Shown: piece by piece, positions 20,021-29,927 of the stretch | How the letters are laid out: the number at the start of each line of letters is the position of its first letter | Numbering within the stretch: the stretch's first letter is position 1 | Source: an uncultured Fibrobacterota bacterium | GTDB taxonomy: Bacteria > Fibrobacterota > Chitinivibrionia > Chitinivibrionales > FEN-1185 | Reading direction: 5' to 3' | Length of the DNA: 64,000 nucleotides | Assembly (NCBI GenBank): GCA_963729895.1 | Contig: CAVSQB010000027.1 | Span: forward strand, 1 to 64,000 | The notes under the pieces: generated by a model | What the model was told of the DNA's origin: nothing | Seen by the model: only the letters and a program-made list of their open reading frames with translations | The model's database searches: none | Position numbers and translations under genes: made by a program

Positions 20021-20199
20021 ATTTAGATTCCGCAGTTTTGAGGCACAGCAGATGCCCGATTTTCAAAAAATAGTTGTTTCCGAGGGGTATTTGCAGCACT
20101 ATTTGCGGCACTTCTTCTTTCGTCACGGGAGAGGCTCGTCTCAAGCCCGCCCATGCGCAAATTTTTCTATCCTGCAGCTGCAAATGGTATTTATCAACC

Positions 20200-21246
20200 A
20201 TGCTCGCACCAGGCAGGTTTCATCCGGCAGCGCTATTTCTGAAACAACTGTTTTCCGCTGCGGCAGCGTTTGCTTTTCTGATGCCGGTATCCAACGCCTC
20301 CGCCGACCCCCTCGACATTCCCTCGCTCAAACAATCACTGGAGCCGTTGTCCTTTTCTGCTCCGGTGTCCTGCCCTCAACCTGTCCTCGACTACTTTACC
20401 TGTTACGACCTCAACCATGTTTCAACCGCACACTATTTCGGTACGTTCACGTCCGGCAGGTATGTGCTGGCCGCTCATATTTATAAACCGGACAGCAGCC
20501 GCGGAACCGTGTTTCTGCTTCACGGGTTCTACGACCACTCGGGCATTCTCAAGAACCTCATTACGCTGTGCCTTTCCGAAAAATATTGCGTGGCAGCGTT
20601 CGACCTGCCCGGGCACGGCCTGTCGAACGGCGAGGCCGCTGCCATCGATTCGTTCACCGAGTATGGCGTTGCGCTGGGAGACTTTCTTGCGCTCTGCGAA
20701 GGGCATGTCTCACGTCCGTACGCGGCCATCGGCCACAGCACGGGCTGCGCCGTGCTGCTTACACGGCTGTTCTTTATGGGAGAAAACAGGTTTTCCCGCG
20801 TGATCCTGCTGGCGCCGCTCGTGCGCAGCGAATATTGGGCGCTTTCGAAGGCCGGCTATGCACTTGTACCAGATGGCAACACCATGCCTCGATGGATGCG
20901 AGACGAGTCGCACGACGTTGCTTTTCTCCGGTGGTTCAACCACGATCCGCTGCAGGTGAGGCATTTCCCTGTCCGCTGGGCAAAAGCGCTTTTTGCCTGG
21001 GAGGCGCGTATCGACACAGTAGCTCCACAGAATTTCCCAGTATCAATCATCCAGGGCACCGGCGACAACACCGTTGACTGGCGCCACAACATTCCGTTTC
21101 TGCAGAAGAAAATCCCCGGGTGCGATGTTCACCTCATACGCGGGGGCAGGCATCAATTGCTTAACGAATCGGAGCCTTGGCGCACCGAATGTCTGGACAC
21201 GATCAGGAGTATTCTGGTGAGGGGAAAGGGCCGCCGTGAGCCGTGA
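20200..21246 (+). CDS. Alpha/beta hydrolase (lysophospholipase-like)
   Basis: LLHGFYDH, DLPGHGLS, GHSTG nucleophile, QGTGDNTV and GGRHQLLNE; start uncertain. Confidence 0.85.
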   Translation: MLAPGRFHPAALFLKQLFSAAAAFAFLMPVSNASADPLDIPSLKQSLEPLSFSAPVSCPQPVLDYFTCYDLNHVSTAHYFGTFTSGRYVLAAHIYKPDSSRGTVFLLHGFYDHSGILKNLITLCLSEKYCVAAFDLPGHGLSNGEAAAIDSFTEYGVALGDFLALCEGHVSRPYAAIGHSTGCAVLLTRLFFMGENRFSRVILLAPLVRSEYWALSKAGYALVPDGNTMPRWMRDESHDVAFLRWFNHDPLQVRHFPVRWAKALFAWEARIDTVAPQNFPVSIIQGTGDNTVDWRHNIPFLQKKIPGCDVHLIRGGRHQLLNESEPWRTECLDTIRSILVRGKGRREP

Positions 21247-21889
21247 AATGTGCTATCGTTGTTTCTGGCCCAAGCGTCTTTGCTGGTGCCCATCCATTAC
21301 TCCAATTGACACTCGCACAAAGATTGTCGTGTTGATGCACCCCAAGGAATACAAACAGGAAAAGGCGGCAACAGGACGCTTCACGCATCTCTGCCTGAAG
21401 AACTCCGAAATCCACATGGGCGTATGCTTTGACGACCATCAGCCCGTCCAGGGGCTCATCCGGGACCCTCGTTACTTTCCGGTGCTGCTCTATCCCGGCA
21501 CAGACGCCGTCGCTCTATCGGACGAAAGTTTTCCCACCATGGTTTCCGGTGACCGGCGGCTGCTGGTATTTCTGCTCGACGCGACCTGGACCCTGGCGAG
21601 AAAGATGTTTTCCAGGAGCCGCACGCTGCAGAGCCTTCCCAGGCTCAAGCTCGTACCCCGGGAAAGAAGCCGCTATCTCATAAAGAAACAGCCCCACGAC
21701 TGGTGTCTTTCCACAATCGAGGCGGCGCACGAATTGATGAAAGCGCTTGAAAAAGCCGGGCTGGACAATTATCCCCGGCCGAGGCAAATGCTTGAACTAT
21801 TCGCAAGAATGCAGGAGTATCAGATCGCATGTATGAGGAATCCTGCGCTCCAGAACTACCGGCCCGGGGAAGGGCGGAGGTTCACGTAA
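21236..21889 (+). CDS. DTW-domain tRNA-uridine aminocarboxypropyltransferase
   Basis: CYRCFWP...CWC, LMHPKE...TG, LDATW and LSTIEA motifs. Confidence 0.88.
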   Translation: MSREMCYRCFWPKRLCWCPSITPIDTRTKIVVLMHPKEYKQEKAATGRFTHLCLKNSEIHMGVCFDDHQPVQGLIRDPRYFPVLLYPGTDAVALSDESFPTMVSGDRRLLVFLLDATWTLARKMFSRSRTLQSLPRLKLVPRERSRYLIKKQPHDWCLSTIEAAHELMKALEKAGLDNYPRPRQMLELFARMQEYQIACMRNPALQNYRPGEGRRFT

Positions 21890-22028
21890 CGTCTCACGCC
21901 TTGTGCAAGGGGTCCGTCCGGCTATCCTCCAATGTTGTCATATGCGAAGCAGGTGAACACGGCACGGCGAACGCGTTGGAGCCCGGTGAATATGCAGGGG
22001 GGCTTATTCGAAAGCGGCAAGACGCTTA

Positions 22029-22307
22029 CTACGCAATTTCAAATTCGGGCGCGGTTTTTTCCACAAGGGGTATCTCGTGCGCCGCAACATCCTTGACCCG
22101 TGAGAGCGGCGGCCCCTCACGAAGCTTGCCGCAAAACTCCCGGAGGTCCGTTTCTTCTCCCTGCGCCTCACATTCCACGGACCGGTCGAAGCTGTTTCTC
22201 ACCCATCCGGCCAGCCCGAGCGAATCTGCCGCGTCTTTCGCAAAGTAGCGGAAGCCCACGCCCTGGACGCGACCCGTAACGGTGATGGCCAGCCGTTGCA
22301 TCGCCAT
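22029..22307 (-). CDS. acyP: Acylphosphatase
   Basis: VTGRVQGVGFR, GWVRN and GPPLSRV motifs. Confidence 0.92.
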   Translation of the reverse strand: MAMQRLAITVTGRVQGVGFRYFAKDAADSLGLAGWVRNSFDRSVECEAQGEETDLREFCGKLREGPPLSRVKDVAAHEIPLVEKTAPEFEIA

Positions 22308-22314
22308 GGAACAG

Positions 22315-22533
22315 TTACTTCCTGGAAAAGAAATTGACGACAAGGGTGATAACGATACTGAGCAGGATGCAGGTTGCAATGGGAAGATAAATCCTTACCC
22401 GCCCCGCCCCGAAATGCAAGTCGCCGGGAAGGCGGCCCAGCGGAAATTTGTCTGCGAGCAGAAACAGCACCCCCACGATAATCACAACGGTGCCTGCAAT
22501 GATGAGAAACCTTCCGACGTCTATCCAGTTCAC
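22315..22533 (-). CDS. DUF2905-like small membrane protein
   Basis: GTG start after AGGAGA; LGRLPGD...YLPIATCILLS motif. Confidence 0.8.
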   Translation of the reverse strand: MNWIDVGRFLIIAGTVVIIVGVLFLLADKFPLGRLPGDLHFGAGRVRIYLPIATCILLSIVITLVVNFFSRK

Positions 22534-22605
22534 GCGATTTCTCCTGTTTATTTGTCTTTTGACCCGGTATCTGCGAAGAACCCGATTTTCCGAAATGCCA
22601 ACTGA

Positions 22606-22633
22606 AGATTGCTTCGCTTCGCTCGCAATGACG
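22606..22633 (-). repeat. REP-like palindrome
   Basis: CGTCATTGCGAGCGAAGCGAAGCAATCT, a widespread GTCA-type REP-like sequence. Confidence 0.6.
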
Positions 22634-22664
22634 ATATCGCGTATACAAATCCCGCTGTCAACCG

Positions 22665-23723
22665 TCAACTGTCAACTTGAAACAAATTCCCCTGAGGACC
22701 GCCATATTTTTTCGAATCCAGGTTGAAATAGGAATATACCCGTTGCGTTACTTCCCTGCCGCGTGGCGTGCGCTTGAGAAACCCGTTCTGGATAAGAAAC
22801 GGTTCGTACACTTCTTCGATGGTTTCGGGCTCCTCGCCCACCACAACGGCCACGGTGTTGAGCCCCACCGGCCCTCCGCCGTAATGTTCCACAATGGAAA
22901 GCAGTATCTTCCTGTCGATTTCGTCAAGGCCTTCGGGGTCTATGCCGAGCATGGAAAGGGTCTTGTTCACCACGTCCCTGTTGACGCTGCCGACGCCCTT
23001 CACTTCTGCGACATCGCGGCACCGGCGCAGCAGCCTGTTGACGACGCGCGGCGTGCCCCGCGCCCGGCGGCCGAGCTCGAAAGCGGCGTCTTCGTCGCAG
23101 CGTATGCCGAGGATTCCCGCAGACCTTAGCGCGATCCGCTGGAGCTCCCGGGCGCTGTAATACCCGAGGTGGCACACATACCCGAACCGTCCGAGCATGG
23201 GCGCGGTAAGCATTCCCTGGCGCGTTGTTGCGCCCACAAGCGTGAAGGGTTTGAGGTTGAGCCGCACCGACTGCGCCGACGGCCCCTCGCCGAGCATGAT
23301 GTCGAAGACGAAATCCTCCATGGCCGGATAGAGGAACTCCTCGACAACGCGCGACAGCCTGTGGATTTCGTCAATGAAGAGCATGTCGCGCTCTTCGAGA
23401 TTGGTGAGGTTGGTTGCAAGGTCGCCGGGCCGTTCGAGAACCGGTCCCGATGTAGTGAGGATCTTCACGCCGAGCTCGTTTGCCAGGATCCGGCACAGCG
23501 TTGTTTTCCCAAGGCCGGGCGGCCCGGTGAACAGGACGTGGTCGAGCGCCTCGCCGCGGTTCTTGGCTGCTTCAACGAACAGCGCGATGTTTTCCTTCTC
23601 TTTTTCCTGACCGATGAAGTCGGAGAACTTCTGCGGGCGCAGCGTGGCATCGCCCGACTCGTCGTCGTCACGCGCTCCGCCGCTCACGATGCGGTCGCTG
23701 TCGTTTTGGTTGTTCATGTTCAT
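22665..23723 (-). CDS. ruvB: Holliday junction branch migration helicase
   Basis: LRPQKFSDFIGQ, GPPGLGKTT, FIDEIHRL, RGTPRV and RTPRGR. Confidence 0.98.
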   Translation of the reverse strand: MNMNNQNDSDRIVSGGARDDDESGDATLRPQKFSDFIGQEKEKENIALFVEAAKNRGEALDHVLFTGPPGLGKTTLCRILANELGVKILTTSGPVLERPGDLATNLTNLEERDMLFIDEIHRLSRVVEEFLYPAMEDFVFDIMLGEGPSAQSVRLNLKPFTLVGATTRQGMLTAPMLGRFGYVCHLGYYSARELQRIALRSAGILGIRCDEDAAFELGRRARGTPRVVNRLLRRCRDVAEVKGVGSVNRDVVNKTLSMLGIDPEGLDEIDRKILLSIVEHYGGGPVGLNTVAVVVGEEPETIEEVYEPFLIQNGFLKRTPRGREVTQRVYSYFNLDSKKYGGPQGNLFQVDS

Positions 23724-23739
23724 GAAAAAGGGTTCGAAT

Positions 23740-23913
23740 GTTGGAGCGTTAGAGCGCTCGAGCGTTGATGAGTTGATGGGTTGAAGTGTTCGAGGGTTGG
23801 AGGGTTCGAGCGTTGATGAGTTGATGAGTTGATGGGTTGACGGGGCATAACGACTCCCTTTCGTTTATCGGTTCTGCTAACGCACTAACGCATCAACTCT
23901 CTAACGCTCCAAC
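23740..23913. repeat. Inverted arrays of degenerate 8-bp repeats
   Basis: About 12 units of GTTGATGA/GTTNGAGN at 23740-23840 and their complement at 23877-23913; perfect 15-bp IR GTTGGAGCGTTAGAG. Confidence 0.85.
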
Positions 23914-23916
23914 CTC

Positions 23917-24522
23917 TTATATCACCTGCAACGCCTTCTTGATCCATTCCTCAACCGGAGCGCCTTCTTCGATAACGCTTTCCACGCGCGAAAGCGCGGC
24001 CTGCACCTGCTTGTCGCCGTAGCCCAGGGAAATCATGGCGTCGAACGCCTGGCTGCGCTCGGCGTTGCCCTTGCCCGAATCGCCGCCCGTGTGCGGCGCC
24101 AAGGGTGCATCGACCGAGGCGATGCCGAGCTTTCCCTTGAGTTCCACGATGAGCCGCTGTGCGGTCTTGTCGCCGACTCCCGGGACCTTGCGCAGCCGCG
24201 TGGCGTCCCCTTTGTTGACGCACGAGACAAGGTCCTGCGGCGACACGCCCGACAGGATGCTGAGCGCGGTCTTGGGGCCGATGTTGCTGATGGCGATGAG
24301 CTGCCGGAACATCTCGCGTTCCGCTTTCGAGGAAAATCCGTACAGCTTCTCCGCGTCTTCCCGGACGTAGTGGTGCGTAAACAGTTTTGCCTGCGCTCCG
24401 GGCTGCCCCAGCGCCTCAAATGTTGACAAGGGAATAACGATCTCGTATCCGACGCCGGCCGCCTCTATGATCGCCGCGGCCGGCGTCTTCTCCGAGAGAA
24501 TACCCTTGACATAATCGAACAT
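23917..24522 (-). CDS. ruvA: Holliday junction DNA-binding protein
   Basis: GVGYEI, VREDAEKLYGF, IGPKTALSIL, VPGVGDKTAQR and SLGY. Confidence 0.98.
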   Translation of the reverse strand: MFDYVKGILSEKTPAAAIIEAAGVGYEIVIPLSTFEALGQPGAQAKLFTHHYVREDAEKLYGFSSKAEREMFRQLIAISNIGPKTALSILSGVSPQDLVSCVNKGDATRLRKVPGVGDKTAQRLIVELKGKLGIASVDAPLAPHTGGDSGKGNAERSQAFDAMISLGYGDKQVQAALSRVESVIEEGAPVEEWIKKALQVI

Positions 24523-24526
24523 CGCG

Positions 24527-25027
24527 TTATTGCCTCATCGCCCTCAACCGTGCGCGAGCCGCGGCGGCGCGGAAATCGCACAACGCCGCGGCCAGCGCAT
24601 CGAACGCGTCGGCGGCATGATCGCCCGCGGGCACTCCGAGAAGCATCTTTACCATGTACTCGACCTGGTTCTTGGCCGCGTTGCCGTTGCCCACCACGGT
24701 CTTCTTGATTTCCCGGGGCGAGTACTCGGCAACCTCGGCGCCCGATTGCTTGGCGGCCAGAAGCGCCACCCCGCGCGCCTGACCCAAAACGAGCGTGGTG
24801 TGAACGTTCTTGGCGTAAAAGGCCTCCTCCACAGAAACCCGCTGGGGGCAGTGCTCGCGGATCTTCTGGGAAAGGCCGTTGTACATGCACAGAAGCCTGT
24901 CCGGCATGTCAAGGTTATCGCGGGCGCAGACCACGCCGAAATCGACAAACGCGACGCTGTTTCCCGTCACGCGTATCACGCCGTATCCCGAAACCGATGT
25001 GCCCGGATCTATGCCGAAAATGATCAT
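24527..25027 (-). CDS. ruvC: Crossover junction endodeoxyribonuclease
   Basis: IFGIDPG, VEEAF, LGQARG, GNGNAAKNQV and DAFDALA. Confidence 0.97.
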   Translation of the reverse strand: MIIFGIDPGTSVSGYGVIRVTGNSVAFVDFGVVCARDNLDMPDRLLCMYNGLSQKIREHCPQRVSVEEAFYAKNVHTTLVLGQARGVALLAAKQSGAEVAEYSPREIKKTVVGNGNAAKNQVEYMVKMLLGVPAGDHAADAFDALAAALCDFRAAAARARLRAMRQ

Positions 25028-25097
25028 AAGGGCGCCTGCATCAAGCTGTTTTCTTCGTCAACGCGAAACCCGCACTCATTGACGCTCACTGGAAGCA

Positions 25098-25850
25098 TTA
25101 TTCTTTGGCGTATTTCTCCAGCACTTCTTCGCTGACGTCAAGATTTGAATACACGTGCTGCACATCGTCGAGTTCGTCGAGCTCGTCTATAAGCCGGAGT
25201 ACCTTGATCGCCTTGTCGCCGTCGAGCTTCACCATGTTGTCGGGCACCTTGGTGAGGTCCGCGCTTGCCGGCGTGACGCCGGCCTTTTCCAGGGCGGCGC
25301 GCACGTTTTCGAACGCCTCGATCGACGTGGTGATCTCGAATTCGTCGCCGTCGGACGACATGTCGTCGGCACCGGCGTTCACCACCACTTCCATGAGCGT
25401 GTCCTCATCTTTGGCGCTCTTGTCGACTACGATGGTTCCCTGCGGTTTGAACATCCACGAAACGGAGTTCACTGCGGCAAGGTTCCCGCCGCCCATGGTC
25501 ATGGCGTGCCGGACCTCGGAAACGGTCCGGTTGCGGTTGTCCGACATGCATTCGACAAGCACGGCGATGCCTCCCGGTGCGTATCCTTCGAGCGAAAATT
25601 CCTCGTACGAGGCGCCCTCAAGCGTCCCTGTGCCCTTGGCAATGGCGTTGTCGACGTTCTTGGTGGGCATGTTGGCGGCGCGCGCGGCCGCGATGGCCGA
25701 TCGAAGACGGGGATTGCCTTCTTTGTCTCCCCCGCCCATGCGCGCGGCGATGGTGATTTCACGGATCAGACGGCTGAAGATCTTGCCTCTTGCAGCGTCC
25801 GCGTTTCCTTTGGACCTCTTGATCTTGGCCCATTTGGAATGACCAGACAT
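25098..25850 (-). CDS. yebC: YebC/PmpR family protein
   Basis: MSGHSKWAKIKR, EGYAPGG, SDNRNRT and DDVQHVYSN. Confidence 0.96.
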   Translation of the reverse strand: MSGHSKWAKIKRSKGNADAARGKIFSRLIREITIAARMGGGDKEGNPRLRSAIAAARAANMPTKNVDNAIAKGTGTLEGASYEEFSLEGYAPGGIAVLVECMSDNRNRTVSEVRHAMTMGGGNLAAVNSVSWMFKPQGTIVVDKSAKDEDTLMEVVVNAGADDMSSDGDEFEITTSIEAFENVRAALEKAGVTPASADLTKVPDNMVKLDGDKAIKVLRLIDELDELDDVQHVYSNLDVSEEVLEKYAKE

Positions 25851-25868
25851 ACATCCTCCTTTAGGGTG

Positions 25869-26699
25869 TTATATCGTTTTTGTCAACTGTTCGAGTTCTA
25901 TTCTGTTTAAAGCCGACGGGGGACTGCCCAGAAACCGTTCCGCGTTCCGCGCGAACTGCGGCGCGATATCGGTGACGTAGAAACGGCTCTTTTCCCTGCC
26001 GCCGCCCTCGTCGGGAGAAAGCCCCGAAAGCGCGAACAGGATGTCGCGCGCTTCGCGCGCGGCCCAGAGCGCGCTGTCGAGCAGCTGGATTCCGCCGCCC
26101 ACGGCGCTTTGGATCGCTTCCAGGAGCAGCGGGTAATGCGTGCACCCCAGAATGAGGCAGTCTATTCCGACCGCGACAAGATCGGCCAGATATCGCTGCG
26201 CGGCCAGCCTCGTGATATCGGAGTCGAGCATGCCTTCCTCGACGAGCGGGACAAACAGGGGGCACGCCTTGGCGTAGATCTTGATGTCCGGGTCGATATC
26301 GCGGATCGCTTTTTCGTACGAGCCGGTGCGGATGGTGGCGGCGGTGCCCACCACCCCGATTTTCCTGCGCGAGGTGCGCTTGACGGCGGCGCGAGCGCCC
26401 GGCAGTACCACGCCCACCACCGGTAGGTCGTTGATCTCGGCGCGGATGGAGTCGAGCGCCACCGAGGACACGGTGTTGCACGCGACAATGAGCATTTTGA
26501 CGTCCTGTTCAACCAGAAACCGCGCGTCCTGCATGCCGAACGTCCGGATCGTCTCCTCGGACCGGCCGCCGTACGGGCAGCGTGCCGTGTCGCCCAGGTA
26601 CACCACGGTCTCCCCGGGCATGCACCGGAACACTTCCCTGGCAACGGTGAGGCCGCCCAGGCCGGAATCGAACATCCCGATGGGACGCGGGTCGCTCAT
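25869..26699 (-). CDS. murI: Glutamate racemase
   Basis: FDSGLGGLTV, PYG, IVACNT and LGCTHYP. Confidence 0.97.
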   Translation of the reverse strand: MSDPRPIGMFDSGLGGLTVAREVFRCMPGETVVYLGDTARCPYGGRSEETIRTFGMQDARFLVEQDVKMLIVACNTVSSVALDSIRAEINDLPVVGVVLPGARAAVKRTSRRKIGVVGTAATIRTGSYEKAIRDIDPDIKIYAKACPLFVPLVEEGMLDSDITRLAAQRYLADLVAVGIDCLILGCTHYPLLLEAIQSAVGGGIQLLDSALWAAREARDILFALSGLSPDEGGGREKSRFYVTDIAPQFARNAERFLGSPPSALNRIELEQLTKTI

Positions 26700-27955
26700 T
26701 GGCCTTCCTCGTATTTCTTCTTGAATTTCAGGATCGCGTCGAAAATCCCGGACGCAATTGACTTCTGGGTAACGGCGTCGGCAAGCTCGTGCTCTTCCTG
26801 CGAGCTGGAAATGAACCCGACCTCGATGAGCACTGAGGGCATGTAGGTTCCGTTGAGCACCCAGAAATTGGCCTGTCCCACGCCCAGGTGCAAACGCGGG
26901 ATTTTCGATGCCGACGAGCCGAATGTCTCGGTTATCATGATGGAAAGGTCCTGGCTCTCCCGGAGAAACTCGTTTCCCGCCATGTCAATCAGAATGTCCT
27001 GCAGGTTGTCGTACTTGTGCGATTTGTCTTCCAGCTCGATCACCGCGTTTTCGCGCATCGCAACGAGCTTGTCGTCCTCGTTTTTCGCCTGCGACAGAAA
27101 ATAGACCTTGTACCCCTTGGTGCCGTCTTTCTTCTTTTTGTCTCCCTGGATGCTGTTGGCGTGAATGCTGACGAAGATGTCGGCCTTCTTGTCGTTGGCG
27201 AACCGCGTGCGGTCCACCAGCGGAATGAACGTGTCTGTCTCCCGCGTCAGGTACACCGTGAGCTTCGTTTTCTTCTTGATAAGGTCCCGCACCGCAAGCG
27301 CGATGCCGAGCACCACATTCTTTTCCTCTATGCCGTCCGGGCCTATGGCGCCCGGGTCCATGCCTCCGTGCCCGGGGTCAACGACAATGGTCTTGACAAT
27401 CTCCTGCTGCGGCTGCTTCACCCGCGATGTGGTATCGGACGCGCGCGCGGCGCGCGCAACACCCGCGGTGTCGCGGACCGCAGGCTTCGTTTCCGGCGGC
27501 GCGGCGGAACGCTCGCGCAGCACCATCGTGGAATCCCGGTCGTTCCAGGCAACCGAATCGCGCGTCACGGCCGACAGAATGCCGGCGCACAATGCGGCCG
27601 GCAGAAACAGCATGCCGCCGTCCCGCGCAGGCTCGCACGGGATCTGGCGCAGGGTATCGTTGACAAGGTAAAACGGCATACCCTGGACAAACACGAGCCT
27701 GGAACCCTTCTTGGTGCAGGTCAGCTTTTCCGCCGCAAAATCCCATTTCCAGGAGTAGCCGGCGCCCGCAACAACGTCGGTGAGCGACGCGCAGGCCGTT
27801 TCCCCGAGGGCCGAAACCGCCAGGGGCTTTTCCGTGCCGGTTATCTCATTTATCAAGCGCGGCTGCGCGCACAGCACGCTCCACGCCGGGGCGACAATCA
27901 ACGCGAATACGCCCCATACGGCACGAGGGGCGCTCCGGTGTTTCTCCATGGTCAT
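26696..27955 (-). CDS. N-acetylmuramoyl-L-alanine amidase (Amidase_3)
   Basis: VDPGHGGMDPGA, EKNVVL, FVSIHAN and PSVLIEVGF; signal peptide. Confidence 0.93.
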   Translation of the reverse strand: MTMEKHRSAPRAVWGVFALIVAPAWSVLCAQPRLINEITGTEKPLAVSALGETACASLTDVVAGAGYSWKWDFAAEKLTCTKKGSRLVFVQGMPFYLVNDTLRQIPCEPARDGGMLFLPAALCAGILSAVTRDSVAWNDRDSTMVLRERSAAPPETKPAVRDTAGVARAARASDTTSRVKQPQQEIVKTIVVDPGHGGMDPGAIGPDGIEEKNVVLGIALAVRDLIKKKTKLTVYLTRETDTFIPLVDRTRFANDKKADIFVSIHANSIQGDKKKKDGTKGYKVYFLSQAKNEDDKLVAMRENAVIELEDKSHKYDNLQDILIDMAGNEFLRESQDLSIMITETFGSSASKIPRLHLGVGQANFWVLNGTYMPSVLIEVGFISSSQEEHELADAVTQKSIASGIFDAILKFKKKYEEGQ

Positions 27956-28437
27956 CGTTTTCCGCGGGTTCTCATGACCTGGGCGAGGCGCCTCTTGGAT
28001 TCCTCGGAGGCGATTTTCTCCCGCTTGTCATATTTTTTTAGGCCACGGCACACGCCGAGTTCCATTTTGACCCATTGTTTATCAAAATATACCTTAAGCG
28101 GTATTATCGAAAGATGTTTTCTTTCGACCTCGGAGGTGAGCCGGAGGATCTGGTTTTTATGCAGCAGCAGCTTGCGTTTCCGGTAGGGTTCGGGAACGCT
28201 GAACCCCTTCTGCTGATAAGGGCTTATGTGCATATGATGCACGAACATTTCGCCGTTGTCGCAGGTGGCGAAGGTGTCCGCAAGCGATAGCCCGCCCTCC
28301 CGCACCGATTTCACCTCAGTGCCGAGAAGCGCCACGCCCGCTTCGATCTTTTCGAGGACCTCGTAATCGTGAAAGGCCTTCTTGTTCTGGGCGATGATTT
28401 TTATGGGATTTGTTTCTTCCTGCTTATTCACCTTCAT
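27952..28437 (-). CDS. smpB: SsrA-binding protein
   Basis: NKKAFHDY, EAGVALLGTEVKSVR, RKLLLHK and KKYDKR. Confidence 0.97.
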   Translation of the reverse strand: MKVNKQEETNPIKIIAQNKKAFHDYEVLEKIEAGVALLGTEVKSVREGGLSLADTFATCDNGEMFVHHMHISPYQQKGFSVPEPYRKRKLLLHKNQILRLTSEVERKHLSIIPLKVYFDKQWVKMELGVCRGLKKYDKREKIASEESKRRLAQVMRTRGKR

Positions 28438-28537
28438 TCGATAGAAAATACTATAATAGAGGGGTTGTTCAAAGGCGGATATGGGTGGTTATAGTAATAG
28501 TAGAGCCATAATTTTTTTGGGGGAAGTTTCCCCCTAG

Positions 28538-29849
28538 CAGGGTGTTGAAATAGTCCTAACAGAAGCGCTCTTGTTGATTTTTTATGAACCTAACTTCAAC
28601 TTTACATATGTCAGAGAGGTTTTACCTGCCTCGTTCCGAGGCATTTCCCCGGATTCCCAGGCCATTCTCATGCTGCCCCCACCGTTTGCGGCATCAACTT
28701 AACCATGCGTATCAAGTTGTACGCTGCGGCAACCACGTAGGCAACAGTCTGGTTGATTCGTATTCCTCTTACCCGAGTTTTCCGCAGGCCACCGACGCTC
28801 TTGATCCACCCAAATATCTCTTCAACCCGTTTTCGTTTCCGTTGACTTACGCTGTATCCCTTATGCCGAGTCGTTCTTCCATCCAACCCTTTAAGCGAAG
28901 TGTTGGCCTTCTCGGCAATGTGAGGCTTCACGTGCAGGCGTCGCAGGCTCTTGATAAATTCGGTTGCATGATACCCTTTGTCTGCACCCACCGTCTTCAT
29001 CCGGCGTTTTCCGCGCCTGCGTTCATGCTTTATCAGCTCAAGCGCCATATCCCGTTCCGCTGTCCCCGTCGCTGGCGCAATGGCGATATCAACACACAAC
29101 CCATTTCGGTTTTCCATCAGCACGTGACCGGAATACGCCAGCTGCGCTCCCGTTCTCTTGTTCTTCCGAGCCAACAGCGCCTCTGGATCGGTCGAACTCT
29201 GATGTGTCTCATTGCTTCGCTTCTCATGGTGGAAATCAACCGACGGATTACTCCGATCATCGTCAGTCTTGTTCGCCGATTCCGCGTCTTTTCGCTTGAA
29301 GCTCTTCATCGATGCCCAGGCTTCAATCAACGTGCCGTCAACCGTGAAATGCTCATCGGACAACAACTCTTCGGAACGAGCAAGACGCACGATTTCCTGC
29401 ATCAGCCGGTGCGCAATCTCCTGTTCCATAAGTCGATCTCGGTTCTTCGAAAACACACTATGATCAAACGATGCCGCATCCAGATCCATGTCAAGAAACC
29501 ATCGGAACAGAATGTTATAGTCCAGCATCTCGCAAAACAACCGGTCCGACCGTATCGAAAACAAAGCCATCAATATCTGTGCTTTCAAAAGCCATTCCGG
29601 CGGTATCGAAGGGCGTCCCATCCGGCTGTACATCGCCTCAAAGTCACGAGAAAGGCGGCGCAGCGCTATGTCCGTAAACTGTTTGACACGACGAAGCGGG
29701 TGCGTTGCCGGCACTCGGGAATCCGGAGAAACGAAGCTGAACATACCGCCTTGGGCTGGCTGGGAACCTCTCATCAATACTCCTTGGTTCGGGTTCCCCT
29801 ATAATATAAGGATAAATGTTTACAAAAGGGAGACTTTTTCAACACCCTG
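28538..29849 (-). mobile_element. IS5-family element of a second type (1312 bp)
   Basis: IR CAGGGTGTTGAAA / TTTCAACACCCTG; CTAG at 28534-28537 and 29850-29853. Confidence 0.92.
28668..29777 (-). CDS. IS5-family DDE transposase
   Basis: HPLR, GRPSIPPE, FTVDGTLIEAWAS, GADKGY and RKRVEEIFGW. Confidence 0.92.
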   Translation of the reverse strand: MMRGSQPAQGGMFSFVSPDSRVPATHPLRRVKQFTDIALRRLSRDFEAMYSRMGRPSIPPEWLLKAQILMALFSIRSDRLFCEMLDYNILFRWFLDMDLDAASFDHSVFSKNRDRLMEQEIAHRLMQEIVRLARSEELLSDEHFTVDGTLIEAWASMKSFKRKDAESANKTDDDRSNPSVDFHHEKRSNETHQSSTDPEALLARKNKRTGAQLAYSGHVLMENRNGLCVDIAIAPATGTAERDMALELIKHERRRGKRRMKTVGADKGYHATEFIKSLRRLHVKPHIAEKANTSLKGLDGRTTRHKGYSVSQRKRKRVEEIFGWIKSVGGLRKTRVRGIRINQTVAYVVAAAYNLIRMVKLMPQTVGAA

Positions 29850-29927
29850 CTAGGGCTCAGCCAACCGGCTTGACATAAAGGTAGAACACGATTGAAGCCG
29901 GTTGTCTGAACCCATACCCCCTCAGCA

